Below, in pieces: positions 9,600 to 19,691 of a DNA stretch of 64,000 nucleotides. The notes beneath the pieces were generated by a model that was not told the origin of the DNA, ran no database searches, and saw nothing but the letters and a program-made list of their open reading frames with translations. This DNA comes from an uncultured Atopobium sp. Its GTDB lineage: Bacteria; Actinomycetota; Coriobacteriia; Coriobacteriales; Atopobiaceae. The position numbers and the translations under genes were made by a program. Positions within the stretch are counted from its first letter, which is position 1. Every line of letters begins with the position of its first letter. The stretch covers positions 3,680 through 67,679 of the forward strand of contig CAUVJF010000003.1 in assembly GCA_963552125.1 (NCBI GenBank), given 5' to 3'.

Positions 9600-10450
9600 T
9601 AGTTATCACCTAAAAAAGAACGAAGTAACGCAATTTCTTCTCCCCAACCAGAGAGCTCAGAATGAGGAGTTTCTAAAATCATAGGAAGCGTGTTGACGCG
9701 CGGATTAGTCACCACAGAGCGGAACGTTTCTAAGCCAATAAAGCCTTTTCCAATCTGCTCATGTCTATCTTTATGTGCTCCAAGGGGATTCTTAGAATCA
9801 TTTAGGTGCAAGGCTTTGAGCTTTTCTAAACCAATTATCTGGTCAAACGTATCTAGAACAGCATCAAAATTTTCTACAATTTCATAGCCGCCATCGTGAA
9901 CATGACAGGTATCAAGGCACACGCCCATAAGCTCGGGGTGGTTTACCTTATCTAGAATTGCAGCAATCTCTTCAAACGTTTTACCAACTTCTGTGCCCTT
10001 ACCAGCCATAGTTTCAAGAAGAACGGTGGTGTGCTGACCTTCAAACAGGCAATCGTTAAGAGCTTCAGAAATTTGCTCAATTGCCACGTCAGAGCCTTGA
10101 CCCACATGGCTACCGGGATGAAAGTTGTAATAATTACCAGGCAGATACTCCATACGCTCAAGATCTTCTATGAGCGCTCGACGAGCAAAATCCCTGGTTT
10201 CCTCTTTAGCTGAGCACAGGTTCATGGTGTAAGGAGCATGCGCAACCAGAGGTCCAAAGTGATGAGCCTCTAGAAGCTCTCTGAGCCTCACAACATCAGC
10301 CTCATCTAGAGCCTTAGCGTTGCCGCCACGAGGATTTCTAGTAAAGAAAGCAAAGGTAGTTGCCCCAATAGAAAGAGCATCCTTACCCATTGCCTCCCAG
10401 CCCTTAGCTGCCGAGAGATGGCATCCAATAAAAAGTTCTTCTGGTTGCAC
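9599..10450 (-). CDS. nfo: Endonuclease IV
   Basis: HAPY..NL, HPGSH, LLETMAGKG, DTCH, HLNDSK, DRHE. GTG 10450 follows GAGGAG. Confidence 0.95.
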   Translation of the reverse strand: MQPEELFIGCHLSAAKGWEAMGKDALSIGATTFAFFTRNPRGGNAKALDEADVVRLRELLEAHHFGPLVAHAPYTMNLCSAKEETRDFARRALIEDLERMEYLPGNYYNFHPGSHVGQGSDVAIEQISEALNDCLFEGQHTTVLLETMAGKGTEVGKTFEEIAAILDKVNHPELMGVCLDTCHVHDGGYEIVENFDAVLDTFDQIIGLEKLKALHLNDSKNPLGAHKDRHEQIGKGFIGLETFRSVVTNPRVNTLPMILETPHSELSGWGEEIALLRSFLGDN

Positions 10451-10451
10451 G

Positions 10452-11678
10452 CTATGCACGCTCCTCAAGCATTTTGGCCACACGGTCCAAAAGCTCTGAA
10501 GCTACGTCAGTAAGTGGCAAAGTCTCAAGCTGTTCTATACCTTGAGGAGTTACAAAAGTCACACGGTCTGTATCTGAACCAAAGGTTGAATCAGGCCTAG
10601 AAACATCATTTGCCACAATCATGGAGCAACCTTTACGCTCAAGTTTAGCCTGAGCATGCTCCAAAAGGTTATTTGTCTCAGCTGCAAAACCTACTACAAC
10701 CTGGTCTTTCTTAGTCTTAGAAAGGCTGGCGAGAATATCGGTGGTTTCTTTAAGGTCAATAGACTCAAGATACTCTGATGACTTCTTGAGCTTATGGTCT
10801 GCTGGATGAGCAGGCGTGTAGTCGGCAACAGCTGCCGTCAAAATAGCGGCGTCAACGATGTCAAAGACGCTTGCACAAGCCTTATGCATGTCTTCAGCAG
10901 ATACCACTCTTTGCACGTTGACTCCTTGAGGAGCCTCAAGATATGTGGGTCCAGAGATAAGGGTGACATCCGCTCCACGACTAGCTGCAACTTTAGCCAC
11001 GGTATAGCCAAGTTTTCCTGTAGAACAGTTGGCAATAAAGCGAACTGGATCGATCTTCTCGTGAGTTGGTCCTGCGGTAATAAGAAGCTTTTTACCTGCA
11101 AGATCTTGCTTGGATGGTGCCGCGTCATTACCAGAAAGAACCTTCAGTGCAGCGTCTACAATCTGCTGCACTGGAGCAAGCTTTCCGTCTCCGGTATAGC
11201 CGCAGGCAAGACGACCTGACTCAGGCATAACCATCTTGATTCCACGCTGACGGAGCAGTGCGACATTTGCCTGATTGGCTGGATTTTTCCACATATGCGT
11301 ATTCATGGCAGGAGCCACAAGAACTGGCGTATGAGCTGCTAGAAGCGTTGTGCTTGCAGCATCATCAGCTATACCATAAGCCATTTTTGCCATGATATTG
11401 GCAGTAGCTGGTACAACTACCATGCAATCTGCCCAGTCAGCAAGGTCAACGTGAGCAACTGGAGTTTCGGCATTATTGTAGAGCGACTGCACTACCTCAT
11501 GATGCGTTAATGCTTCAAAGGTAGTTTTTCCTACAAACTGAGCTGCATCTTCTGTCATAACAACACGAACGTCACAGTCAGCTTTCTGAAGGCCTCTGAG
11601 TACTTCGCAGGCTTTATATGCAGCAATTCCTCCGCACACCACAAGGCATACAGAGGACTGAGCGGTTTTATCCAACAT
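10452..11678 (-). CDS. coaBC: Phosphopantothenoylcysteine decarboxylase/ligase
   Basis: GGIAAYK, PATAN, PAMN, TAGPT.EKIDPVRFI, GFAAET. Confidence 0.96.
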   Translation of the reverse strand: MLDKTAQSSVCLVVCGGIAAYKACEVLRGLQKADCDVRVVMTEDAAQFVGKTTFEALTHHEVVQSLYNNAETPVAHVDLADWADCMVVVPATANIMAKMAYGIADDAASTTLLAAHTPVLVAPAMNTHMWKNPANQANVALLRQRGIKMVMPESGRLACGYTGDGKLAPVQQIVDAALKVLSGNDAAPSKQDLAGKKLLITAGPTHEKIDPVRFIANCSTGKLGYTVAKVAASRGADVTLISGPTYLEAPQGVNVQRVVSAEDMHKACASVFDIVDAAILTAAVADYTPAHPADHKLKKSSEYLESIDLKETTDILASLSKTKKDQVVVGFAAETNNLLEHAQAKLERKGCSMIVANDVSRPDSTFGSDTDRVTFVTPQGIEQLETLPLTDVASELLDRVAKMLEERA

Positions 11679-11692
11679 AGCGATAAATTCCT

Positions 11693-12412
11693 TTATTCTT
11701 CAAACGCTGTAGATGTAATAAGCATCCTGTGGCAATAAGGGCACTCAGCAATCTCGGAGCTATGCTGAAGATCGTGGAATGAACTTGGTTGCAGTTTAAC
11801 ACGACAAACACTTGGCATATTTCCTACAAGGTGCTCAACTGCCAGGCCCTTAAAACGTTTACGTGCAGCTTCATAGCGCTCAAGCGTGTCAGAAGAAATC
11901 TGAGCTGCAAGCTCTTCTCGAGATTTAGAGAGCTCAACAATCTCTGCGCGAAGAGCCGCAGAATCAATCTCAAGGGACTGAGAAAGGCTCTCGCGCTCTT
12001 TCATAAGCTTTACCTGCAAGTCTTGAGCTGTCTGATAAGCCTTTTTGCACTTCTCAAGCTCTTCTGTTTTTGCTGCAAGTTTAAAATCGCACTTCTCGAT
12101 ATTCTTTGCCAAAGAAGAAAGCTGCTGGTCAAAGTCTCTAAGAGCACGATGATTAGTTGCAGTTTCTACAGCAGCAGAAACCTCATCTGTCTTAAGGACA
12201 TAATGGGCGCGCTGCTCATTGAGGTCAGAAATATCAATTTCAACGTCTTTTTTAACACCAAGCACTTGCTTGAGCTGGGAAGCAATCTTTTTCTCTGCAA
12301 GTTGGGCGTTTTTAATCTTTTGAACCTGGGGCATTGAGGCCAAGTTGGATGCGAGTTTTAGCAGCTGCAAATCAATATCCTGGAGCTGCATCAGATTAAC
12401 AGACTCACTCAT
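11693..12412 (-). CDS. Coiled-coil protein with C-terminal zinc-ribbon-like domain (DUF164-like)
   Basis: LQDID start, long coiled coil, C-terminal CPYCHRML. Confidence 0.8.
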   Translation of the reverse strand: MSESVNLMQLQDIDLQLLKLASNLASMPQVQKIKNAQLAEKKIASQLKQVLGVKKDVEIDISDLNEQRAHYVLKTDEVSAAVETATNHRALRDFDQQLSSLAKNIEKCDFKLAAKTEELEKCKKAYQTAQDLQVKLMKERESLSQSLEIDSAALRAEIVELSKSREELAAQISSDTLERYEAARKRFKGLAVEHLVGNMPSVCRVKLQPSSFHDLQHSSEIAECPYCHRMLITSTAFEE

Positions 12413-12509
12413 AGGGCCTCCTCATATACGGTTACTCATCTAGTCTACCGTAAATAAGGACGTATCGGGCGCAGAACATAACTAATGCAGAGATTAGTAT
12501 GTGAAAAAT

Positions 12510-13679
12510 TTATCCAACAATCTGCAGCAATGTTGCACAGAAGGCATCAAGGTCGGCCTCAGAAATGCGCTCGTCAAAGGTAATGCGCAGACTGCCCAGA
12601 GCTTCGTTTCTAGAGATCCCCATTGCTGAGAGAACGTGACTTGCGTCAAGAGAGCCTGAGGAGCACGCAGAGCCAGCAGAGACTTCATAGCCTGCCTGGT
12701 CAAGCTTTAGGATAAGCGTCTCTGAATCCATCGATGGAACCATAATGCTTACCGTGCCAGGCATGTGATCTTTGCCAGCGTAAGCCTCTGTAGTTGGCTT
12801 AATCTTGGGAGAAGCACAGAGAGTCTCATACACCTTATTAGCGCGCGCAGAAACGCTCTCCTGCGTATGAGTAAGGTTCTCCAGGCACCACGCAGCTGCG
12901 GCAGCAAACGCAACTGCGCTCCGAACGTCCTGCGTTCCATGACGCCTGCCAGACTCTTGTCCCCCGCCGTAGCTTTGTGCCTTAAAGGGAACCTTGGAAC
13001 GCATAAGCACCGCAGCAATACCAAGAGGTCCACCAATTTTATGGGCAGCAACAGTAAGAGCATCTACGCCTGCTACCTCAAGAGGGATACGACCAAACGC
13101 CTGAACGGCGTCAGTGTGGAAAAGCGCTCCCACCTTATGAGCAGCGTGTGCAAGGTCTACAACTGGTTGAATAACGCCCGTTTCATTGTTGGCATACATA
13201 ACAGAAACAAGAGCTACCGACTGGTCCAAAAGACCCTCAAGTGTAGAAGCCTCAATCTTTCCCTGACGGTTAGGTTGAGCAATTCTTACCTCAAAGCCCT
13301 TCTCGCGAAGAACGGGTGCCAGATCCAAAATAGAATCGTGTTCAATTGCCGAGAAAACCACTGTGTTGCGCTTGTGGTCTTTGTTGCGAATACCTTCTGC
13401 CATACCAAGGACAGAGAGGTTATTGCCCTCAGTGCCGCCAGAGCAAAAGACAACGTCAGGAGCTCTAAACTTGCCGCCCACCGCACGTGCGATGACGCCA
13501 CGAGCACCATCAAGCTCTCGCGCCGCTTGACGACCAAGCGAGTGCAAAGAGTTTGGGTTCACCCCAGCAATAGCTGAAGCCTCATAGGTTTTCTCGGCAT
13601 CAAGCGCCTCTTGGCGCATTGGTGCTGAAGCTGCATAGTCTAGGTAAACGTAATCCATAACGTGTTTCTGTTGATTCAA
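12510..13679 (-). CDS. Cysteine desulfurase (IscS/NifS family); start may be 13658
   Basis: YLDYAAS, NNETG, HTDAVQ, AHKIGGP, SAGSACSSG. Confidence 0.92.
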   Translation of the reverse strand: MNQQKHVMDYVYLDYAASAPMRQEALDAEKTYEASAIAGVNPNSLHSLGRQAARELDGARGVIARAVGGKFRAPDVVFCSGGTEGNNLSVLGMAEGIRNKDHKRNTVVFSAIEHDSILDLAPVLREKGFEVRIAQPNRQGKIEASTLEGLLDQSVALVSVMYANNETGVIQPVVDLAHAAHKVGALFHTDAVQAFGRIPLEVAGVDALTVAAHKIGGPLGIAAVLMRSKVPFKAQSYGGGQESGRRHGTQDVRSAVAFAAAAAWCLENLTHTQESVSARANKVYETLCASPKIKPTTEAYAGKDHMPGTVSIMVPSMDSETLILKLDQAGYEVSAGSACSSGSLDASHVLSAMGISRNEALGSLRITFDERISEADLDAFCATLLQIVG

Positions 13680-13718
13680 TCTTGGTGATCTGGCGTAACT
13701 AATGCTTGAGGACGTGAT

Positions 13719-14393
13719 TTAGCCCTGAACGGTAAGAGCAGACTCGCCAGCGTTGCGGATTGCCTCGATGGTTGCTTCGCGGTCTTCCTGGCCAAACACG
13801 GCGCTGCCTGCAACAAGCATGTCAGCACCAGCAGCTACAACATCAGCTGCGTTAGCTGCACTAATACCACCATCAACCTCAATTAGAGGGTTAACGTTGT
13901 GTTTACGGCAGAGCTCCTTGAGTGCTTTGAGCTTCTCAAGTGAATGTGGGATAAACTTCTGTCCACCAAAACCAGGGTTAACCGTCATGATAAGCACCAG
14001 GTCAAGGTCTTCAATAAGATCCTCAAGAACGCTTACAGGAGTTCCCGGGCAAAGAGAAATGCCAGCTTTAGCACCAGAGTCCTTAATAAGGTGAACAAGA
14101 CGATGAGCGTGAACCTCGGCCTCATAGTGGAAGGTGACAACGTCAGCACCACGGTCCAGGAACAGAGGTGCAATCTCAGCTGGATTGGTGACCATCAGAT
14201 GGACATCAATAGGCAGTTCAGAGGACTTTTTACAGTATGAGAAAATATCTGGACCAAAAGAGATGTTCGGAACAAAGTGACCGTCCATCACGTCGTAATG
14301 GATGTAGTCAGCGTTTGCAATTGAATCAAGCTCGCTCTTAAGCTTGGAGAAATCTGCGGACAGAACAGACGGTGCTACCAGGACGTTATTCAT
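13719..14393 (-). CDS. rpe: Ribulose-phosphate 3-epimerase
   Basis: HYDVMDGHFVPN, DVHLM, MTVNPGFGGQ, VDGG. Confidence 0.97.
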   Translation of the reverse strand: MNNVLVAPSVLSADFSKLKSELDSIANADYIHYDVMDGHFVPNISFGPDIFSYCKKSSELPIDVHLMVTNPAEIAPLFLDRGADVVTFHYEAEVHAHRLVHLIKDSGAKAGISLCPGTPVSVLEDLIEDLDLVLIMTVNPGFGGQKFIPHSLEKLKALKELCRKHNVNPLIEVDGGISAANAADVVAAGADMLVAGSAVFGQEDREATIEAIRNAGESALTVQG

Positions 14394-14402
14394 TAAACTC
14401 TC

Positions 14403-15413
14403 CTATCGAGTCATTCCATAAAATTCTTCATTAGGCATGCGGTTAGTAAGGCGAGAAGTAATGTCTTCTGGCGTAGCACCTTCGTAAAGCACGGCATGAA
14501 CAGCTGAAGTGATAGGCATCTCAACGTTCATCTGCTGACCAAGCTCATAAAGACCAATGACGGCCTGAGCACCCTCAACAACCATGCCGGTTTCTTCCTG
14601 GTAAGACTGAAGCGTCTTGCCCTTAACCAGGGCTTCTCCAAACGTTCTATTTCTAGAATGCTCGGAGGTACAGGTAGCCACCAAGTCACCCATACCAGCA
14701 AGACCCATACAGGTGAGTGGGTCTCCGCCGATAGCGCATACGACGCGACCAAGCTCTGCCAAGCCGCGTGTCATAAGAGCAGCAAGGGCGTTATCACCAT
14801 TACCCAAACCAACTGCAATACCACAGGCAATAGCTACAACGTTTTTAGCGGCAGCACATGCCTCAACGCCACGCACGTCAGAGCTAATGTAGGTTCTGAA
14901 GTATGGGCGAGAAAGCAGCGCCTGGAAGCGCTTTGCAACCTCGGCGTCTTCAGACGCTACAACTGCTGCAGAGATTCCCTGTTTAATAACCTCTTCTGCG
15001 TGGTTTGGACCAGAAAGCACGGCAATTCTGGCAGGATTTCCCAGCTCGTCAGCAGCTACTTCGTGCATAAGCTTGTGAGAACCTGCCTCCATACCCTTGG
15101 AGAGGATCAAAACATCAACCTCTGGATCAAGATATGGTGCGCAAGCAGCACAAACAGAGCGCAAAAACGCAGAAGGTGCTGCCATAACAACAGCATCTAC
15201 ACCGGTGAGAGCCTCAGCTTCACTAGTGGTAGACACAATATTGTGTGGCAGCTCGGAATCAGAAAGATGTCTGCAGTTGACGTGCTCTTTATTGATAGAT
15301 TCGGTGACATCAGCCTCTCTAGACCAGATGATTACCTCGTCAGATGTTGAAGCAAGTAGTGTTGAAAGTGCGGTACCCCACGATCCCGAACCAATAACAG
15401 CAACTTTTTTCAT
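14403..15413 (-). CDS. gpsA: NAD(P)H-dependent glycerol-3-phosphate dehydrogenase
   Basis: GSGSWGTAL, SGPNHA, KNVVAIA, GDLVATC.SEHSRN. Confidence 0.96.
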   Translation of the reverse strand: MKKVAVIGSGSWGTALSTLLASTSDEVIIWSREADVTESINKEHVNCRHLSDSELPHNIVSTTSEAEALTGVDAVVMAAPSAFLRSVCAACAPYLDPEVDVLILSKGMEAGSHKLMHEVAADELGNPARIAVLSGPNHAEEVIKQGISAAVVASEDAEVAKRFQALLSRPYFRTYISSDVRGVEACAAAKNVVAIACGIAVGLGNGDNALAALMTRGLAELGRVVCAIGGDPLTCMGLAGMGDLVATCTSEHSRNRTFGEALVKGKTLQSYQEETGMVVEGAQAVIGLYELGQQMNVEMPITSAVHAVLYEGATPEDITSRLTNRMPNEEFYGMTR

Positions 15414-15415
15414 GA

Positions 15416-16078
15416 TTAGTTATCCTTTTTCTTATCGCCGAAAGAGAATTTAGACTCACTACCAGCATTAAGACGATTGATATTCTCGCGATGTGCCCAA
15501 ATTACTGCAGCAGCCACAACAAATACTGGGATAGTTGCCACCGGATCCATGCCAAATAAAAGGCAGAAAAGTGGAATAGCAACTGCTGCACCAATGGAAC
15601 CAAGCGATACGTACTTAGTTGGCACGGCAAGCGTAATAAACACCGCAAGAGCTACGAGGGCTGCAAGCGGATTTACCGCAAGGCCACCACCAAATCCAAC
15701 AGCAATTCCTTTGCCGCCGTGGAAATGAAGCCATGGCGAGAAAATATGACCAAGAACACAGCAGGCATACACAAAAGAAATGATGAGCTCAGCCTCTGCG
15801 TGATCATTTCCCGAGATCAGAGGAGTAAATCCCTGGGCTCCCAAGAACCAACGAACCAGCATGACGCTGACAATGCCCTTACCTGCATCGCAAAGAAGCG
15901 TAAGAATACCCGCGGCTTTACCAGCATTTCTTGCAACGTTGGTAGTGCCAATGTTTCCTGATCCAAGTTTACGGATGTCTTCATGAGCCATAACGCTTGC
16001 AATAATCAGGCCAAATGGAATGCCACCAAGACCAAACGCAATAAGTCCAAAAATCAGAGCAACAACAATTCCAGGCAT
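15416..16078 (-). CDS. plsY: Glycerol-3-phosphate acyltransferase PlsY
   Basis: GSGNIGTTN, GGKGIA, HRENI.RL. Confidence 0.95.
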   Translation of the reverse strand: MPGIVVALIFGLIAFGLGGIPFGLIIASVMAHEDIRKLGSGNIGTTNVARNAGKAAGILTLLCDAGKGIVSVMLVRWFLGAQGFTPLISGNDHAEAELIISFVYACCVLGHIFSPWLHFHGGKGIAVGFGGGLAVNPLAALVALAVFITLAVPTKYVSLGSIGAAVAIPLFCLLFGMDPVATIPVFVVAAAVIWAHRENINRLNAGSESKFSFGDKKKDN

Positions 16079-17403
16079 TAGTTAGATTCAACCTTCTTAC
16101 GGAACTTCAAACGAATAGGTGTGCCAACCAGAGAGAACTTCTCGCGAAGTCTGTTCTCAATAAAGCGCTCGTAGTTATCGTCAACAAGGTCTGGAGCGTT
16201 GCACCAGAACGAGATAACAGGAGGCTTGGAGCCCGTCTGAGTAGCGTACTGAATCTTGAGACGGCGGCCGCGGTCAGAAACCGTGTGTCCACCCTCTCTA
16301 ATCTGGGCGAGAAGCTCGTTGAGCTCGGAAGTCTTAAGCTGAAGTGCGCGGGATTCTGCAGCCGAAAGAGCAGCGGCAAGTACCTTATCAATAGCGCGGC
16401 CAGTAAGTGCAGAAACGTTGATGGAAGCAATCCAAGGTGCAAAGGCCAGGCGCTTTGCTACAGAAGCTGCTACCTCATCGCGCTTTGCCTCAGAGTCAAT
16501 GAGGTCCCACTTGTTAAGCAGAAGTACCAGAGCGCATCCACGCTCAACAGCCATGTTTGCAAGCTTTTGGTCCTGCTCGGTTACGCCAACAGAGGCGTCA
16601 ACTACAAGAAGACAGACATCTGCGCGGTCCATTGCCTGCAGACCTCTAACCAGACTGTAGTACTCAACGTCCTCGTGTACCTGGCTCTTCTTGCGAATAC
16701 CCGCAGTATCAACAAGACGGATGGGAGTTCCCTTCCATTCAATCATGGTGTCAATAGCATCGCGCGTAGTACCTGCAACGTCAGAAACAATAGAGCGCTT
16801 TTTGTTAGCCAGGCGGTTTGCCAGCGAAGACTTGCCCACGTTTGGACGACCAATGATAGCAAGGTTGAGGATGCCGTCATCCTCTGGCTCTTCATCTACC
16901 TCTGGAAATGCGTTGACAATATCGTCTAGCAAGTCACCAGTACCGTGGCCGTGTGAAGCTGACAGTGGCAGAGGCTCGCCGCAGCCAAGTGCGTAGAAGT
17001 CCCAAAGACCGTCCTGCTCAGTTGCAGGGTTATCTTTCTTGTTGACAACCAAGAACACGGGCTTGTCGCTCTTGCGGACAATGCGTGCAACCTCTTCGTC
17101 TTCATCGGTAACGCCGGTAGAGCCATCTACCACAAAGACGATGACATCTGCTTCTTCGCATGCAAGAAGAGCCTGCTCACGAATGTGTGGAGCAAAGCGA
17201 TCTTGCGATTTAATTGACTCAATACCGCCGGTATCAATGAGCTTAAACTCACGACCATTCCAGTCAGCATCGTGATATGAGCGGTCTCGGGTTACTCCCC
17301 TTGACTCGTGCACGATTGCATCGCGTTTCTCGGCAATTCTATTTACCAGCGTGGACTTGCCAACATTTGGGCGTCCAACAATAGCAACAATGGGCTTAGC
17401 CAT
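16078..17403 (-). CDS. der: Ribosome biogenesis GTPase Der
   Basis: Two GRPNVGKS G-domains plus a KH-like C-terminus. Confidence 0.97.
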   Translation of the reverse strand: MAKPIVAIVGRPNVGKSTLVNRIAEKRDAIVHESRGVTRDRSYHDADWNGREFKLIDTGGIESIKSQDRFAPHIREQALLACEEADVIVFVVDGSTGVTDEDEEVARIVRKSDKPVFLVVNKKDNPATEQDGLWDFYALGCGEPLPLSASHGHGTGDLLDDIVNAFPEVDEEPEDDGILNLAIIGRPNVGKSSLANRLANKKRSIVSDVAGTTRDAIDTMIEWKGTPIRLVDTAGIRKKSQVHEDVEYYSLVRGLQAMDRADVCLLVVDASVGVTEQDQKLANMAVERGCALVLLLNKWDLIDSEAKRDEVAASVAKRLAFAPWIASINVSALTGRAIDKVLAAALSAAESRALQLKTSELNELLAQIREGGHTVSDRGRRLKIQYATQTGSKPPVISFWCNAPDLVDDNYERFIENRLREKFSLVGTPIRLKFRKKVESN

Positions 17404-17449
17404 GTTTCACCTTTCATTCAGTTGACTTAATAATACCAGCAATACGTGG

Positions 17450-18832
17450 CTAATCCCACTCTTTGAGCGCTTTAATGCACGACTTGGCAATGTTTGTGGG
17501 ACCAGGAATTGACATGATGACTTTGGCGCCGCGAGCCTCTAGCTGCGCAGTTAAATCGGCTAGTGACATGCCGTCAAGCGTGACTTTATCAAAGTTAAAC
17601 ATAACCTCAGGAAGCACCACCAGAACATCTGTGAGGTCTTCAGGAACCTGAGCGAGAAGATCAACGGCGCAGATAAGACCTGTAACGTTAACGTCTCCAC
17701 CAAAGAAATCGTTGCGCACGGCAAAAGTAGAAACGTTGCCGTTGGTAGACCAGTTGTCGCAGAAGGTCTGGATGGTTTGCTGAGCAGCCTCGCCTACAAT
17801 CAGCACAATCTTGCGAGAGCGAGCAGAGAGATACGTATCTGCCTCGTCAAGGTCTGCGCGCATAGTGCTGCAGACCTCTTCAGCCTCGTCGAGGAAGCTT
17901 CTGAGCATGCCAATGCCATCGTAGAACTGCGGATAGCCGTCATAGGTATACGCAGGTGGAATGGGTAGCTGGGCGTCTACGTAGAACTCGTCAGAGAGCT
18001 GGAAGCGAGTAATGCCCAAAGAGGCACGCGCACGCTCCTGGTAGGGTTCAACAATCTTGACTACAGAGCGGGACAGCTCCACGTCATCAGAATACGAATG
18101 CGTAAAGCGCTTGGAGTCTTTGGTGTAGCCAAGCGGAACAATGGCCAAAGAGGTAATCTGCTGGTGAGCCTCTACCCAATCAAGCGTTTTATCAAGCTCT
18201 TCACCGTCATTGATGTTAGGACACAAAACAATCTGGCCATGAATCTCAATGCCAGCATCCATGAGTTTCTCAAGAACTTCAATGCCCCTAGCAGCGCGAG
18301 CGCCAATTAGATTGCGACGCACGTCAGGTGAGATTGCATGAAGTGAGACATTCATAGGCTCTAGCTTATGAGAAATGATGCGCTCAACATCCTCATCAGT
18401 GAGGTTAGTGAGCGTAACAAAGTTGCCTTGCAAGAAGCTCAGGCGATAATCGTCATCTCTAATGGAAAGCGAGGGGCGCATATCTTCTGGCAGCATAGCC
18501 ATAAAGCAGAACTGACAAGCGTTTACGCACGTCTTGATACCATCAAAGAGCACGTCAACAAAGTCAACGCCCCAGTCTTCTCCGGATTCACGCTCAAGCA
18601 CACATTCGTAGAGCTCATCATTACCGGGAACAGAAACCTCAAGCTCACAAAGAGAGCCGTCGGCTTCCCAACGCCAATCAATCAGGTCTTTTGGCACTAC
18701 ACCATTGACCTTCTCGATACTCATGCCTGGCTCAAGGCCAGCCTTCCACGCAGGACTACCCTCTTCAACGGACTCAATCAGTGCGCCAAGTCCACCAGAT
18801 TTTGTATTTCCGTAGTCTGCGCGCTGTTCCAT
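17450..18832 (-). CDS. DUF512 / PDZ-containing radical-SAM-like Fe-S protein
   Basis: N-terminal PDZ-like segment, CxxxCxxC (CVNACQFC), DDDYRLSFL.GNFVTLTN, NDFFGG. Confidence 0.85.
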   Translation of the reverse strand: MEQRADYGNTKSGGLGALIESVEEGSPAWKAGLEPGMSIEKVNGVVPKDLIDWRWEADGSLCELEVSVPGNDELYECVLERESGEDWGVDFVDVLFDGIKTCVNACQFCFMAMLPEDMRPSLSIRDDDYRLSFLQGNFVTLTNLTDEDVERIISHKLEPMNVSLHAISPDVRRNLIGARAARGIEVLEKLMDAGIEIHGQIVLCPNINDGEELDKTLDWVEAHQQITSLAIVPLGYTKDSKRFTHSYSDDVELSRSVVKIVEPYQERARASLGITRFQLSDEFYVDAQLPIPPAYTYDGYPQFYDGIGMLRSFLDEAEEVCSTMRADLDEADTYLSARSRKIVLIVGEAAQQTIQTFCDNWSTNGNVSTFAVRNDFFGGDVNVTGLICAVDLLAQVPEDLTDVLVVLPEVMFNFDKVTLDGMSLADLTAQLEARGAKVIMSIPGPTNIAKSCIKALKEWD

Positions 18833-18833
18833 A

Positions 18834-19688
18834 TTAGGCGCCTACGATTTGCTCGATAGCTGATTTAACTGCGTTGATATGAGCCTCTGGTGTAGAAGCT
18901 CCTGCGGTAATACCAATATGCTCGGCGCCTTCAAACCAAGAAGCCTCTAGCTCATCGGCGCCTTCAATGTGGTAGGTTGCGGGGCAATAGAGCTTAGAAA
19001 TCTCCGCTAAACGAGTAGTATTCGCAGAAATTCTGCCGCCAATAATAATCATGACGTCGGACTCTTTTGCAAGTCTCATGCACGAGTCCTGATGGCCCGC
19101 AGTAGCCTCGCAGATAGTATTCATGACGCGAAGCTCGTCAACAAGCGGAAGCACCGCGTTAACTACTTCAGAGAGCTTAGCGGCGCTCATGGTGGTCTGT
19201 ACTACCAGGCCAACCTTCTTTGCAGCTCTCATAGCGTCTGCCTGTGCTGCAACCTCTTCTACTGAGTCAATAGCTAAAGAACCTGGCACGTGAGCCAGCG
19301 TTGCTTCTACCTCAGGATGTCCGGACTCTCCTACCACGTATACGGCATAGCCCTGTTTGGCGAGAAGTTCCGCAGCTCCGTGAGCCTTCTTTACAAACGG
19401 ACAGGTTGCGTCAAGTACGTCAACACAGCCGTCCTTGGCAATCTGCTCCTCTTGAGGAGTTACGCCATGAGTGCGCAGCAGAAGCGCACTTCCTGCAGCT
19501 TCAGAAGCGGAATCAACTACCTCTACGCCCTGGTCTTTAAGAGACGTAACAACGCGAGGATTATGGATAAGCGGACCAAGCGTGCGTACGGGAGCATGAG
19601 CATCTTTGACGGCCTGCTGGACCATCTGAAGCGCTCTTTCTACGCCGTAACAAGCGCCTGCTTCGTCAGCAATTCTAATAGTAGGCAC
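18834..19688 (-). CDS. ispH: 4-hydroxy-3-methylbut-2-enyl diphosphate reductase
   Basis: AGACYGVERA, DATCPFV, NTICEAT, TAGASTP. Confidence 0.96.
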   Translation of the reverse strand: MPTIRIADEAGACYGVERALQMVQQAVKDAHAPVRTLGPLIHNPRVVTSLKDQGVEVVDSASEAAGSALLLRTHGVTPQEEQIAKDGCVDVLDATCPFVKKAHGAAELLAKQGYAVYVVGESGHPEVEATLAHVPGSLAIDSVEEVAAQADAMRAAKKVGLVVQTTMSAAKLSEVVNAVLPLVDELRVMNTICEATAGHQDSCMRLAKESDVMIIIGGRISANTTRLAEISKLYCPATYHIEGADELEASWFEGAEHIGITAGASTPEAHINAVKSAIEQIVGA

Positions 19689-19691
19689 GAA

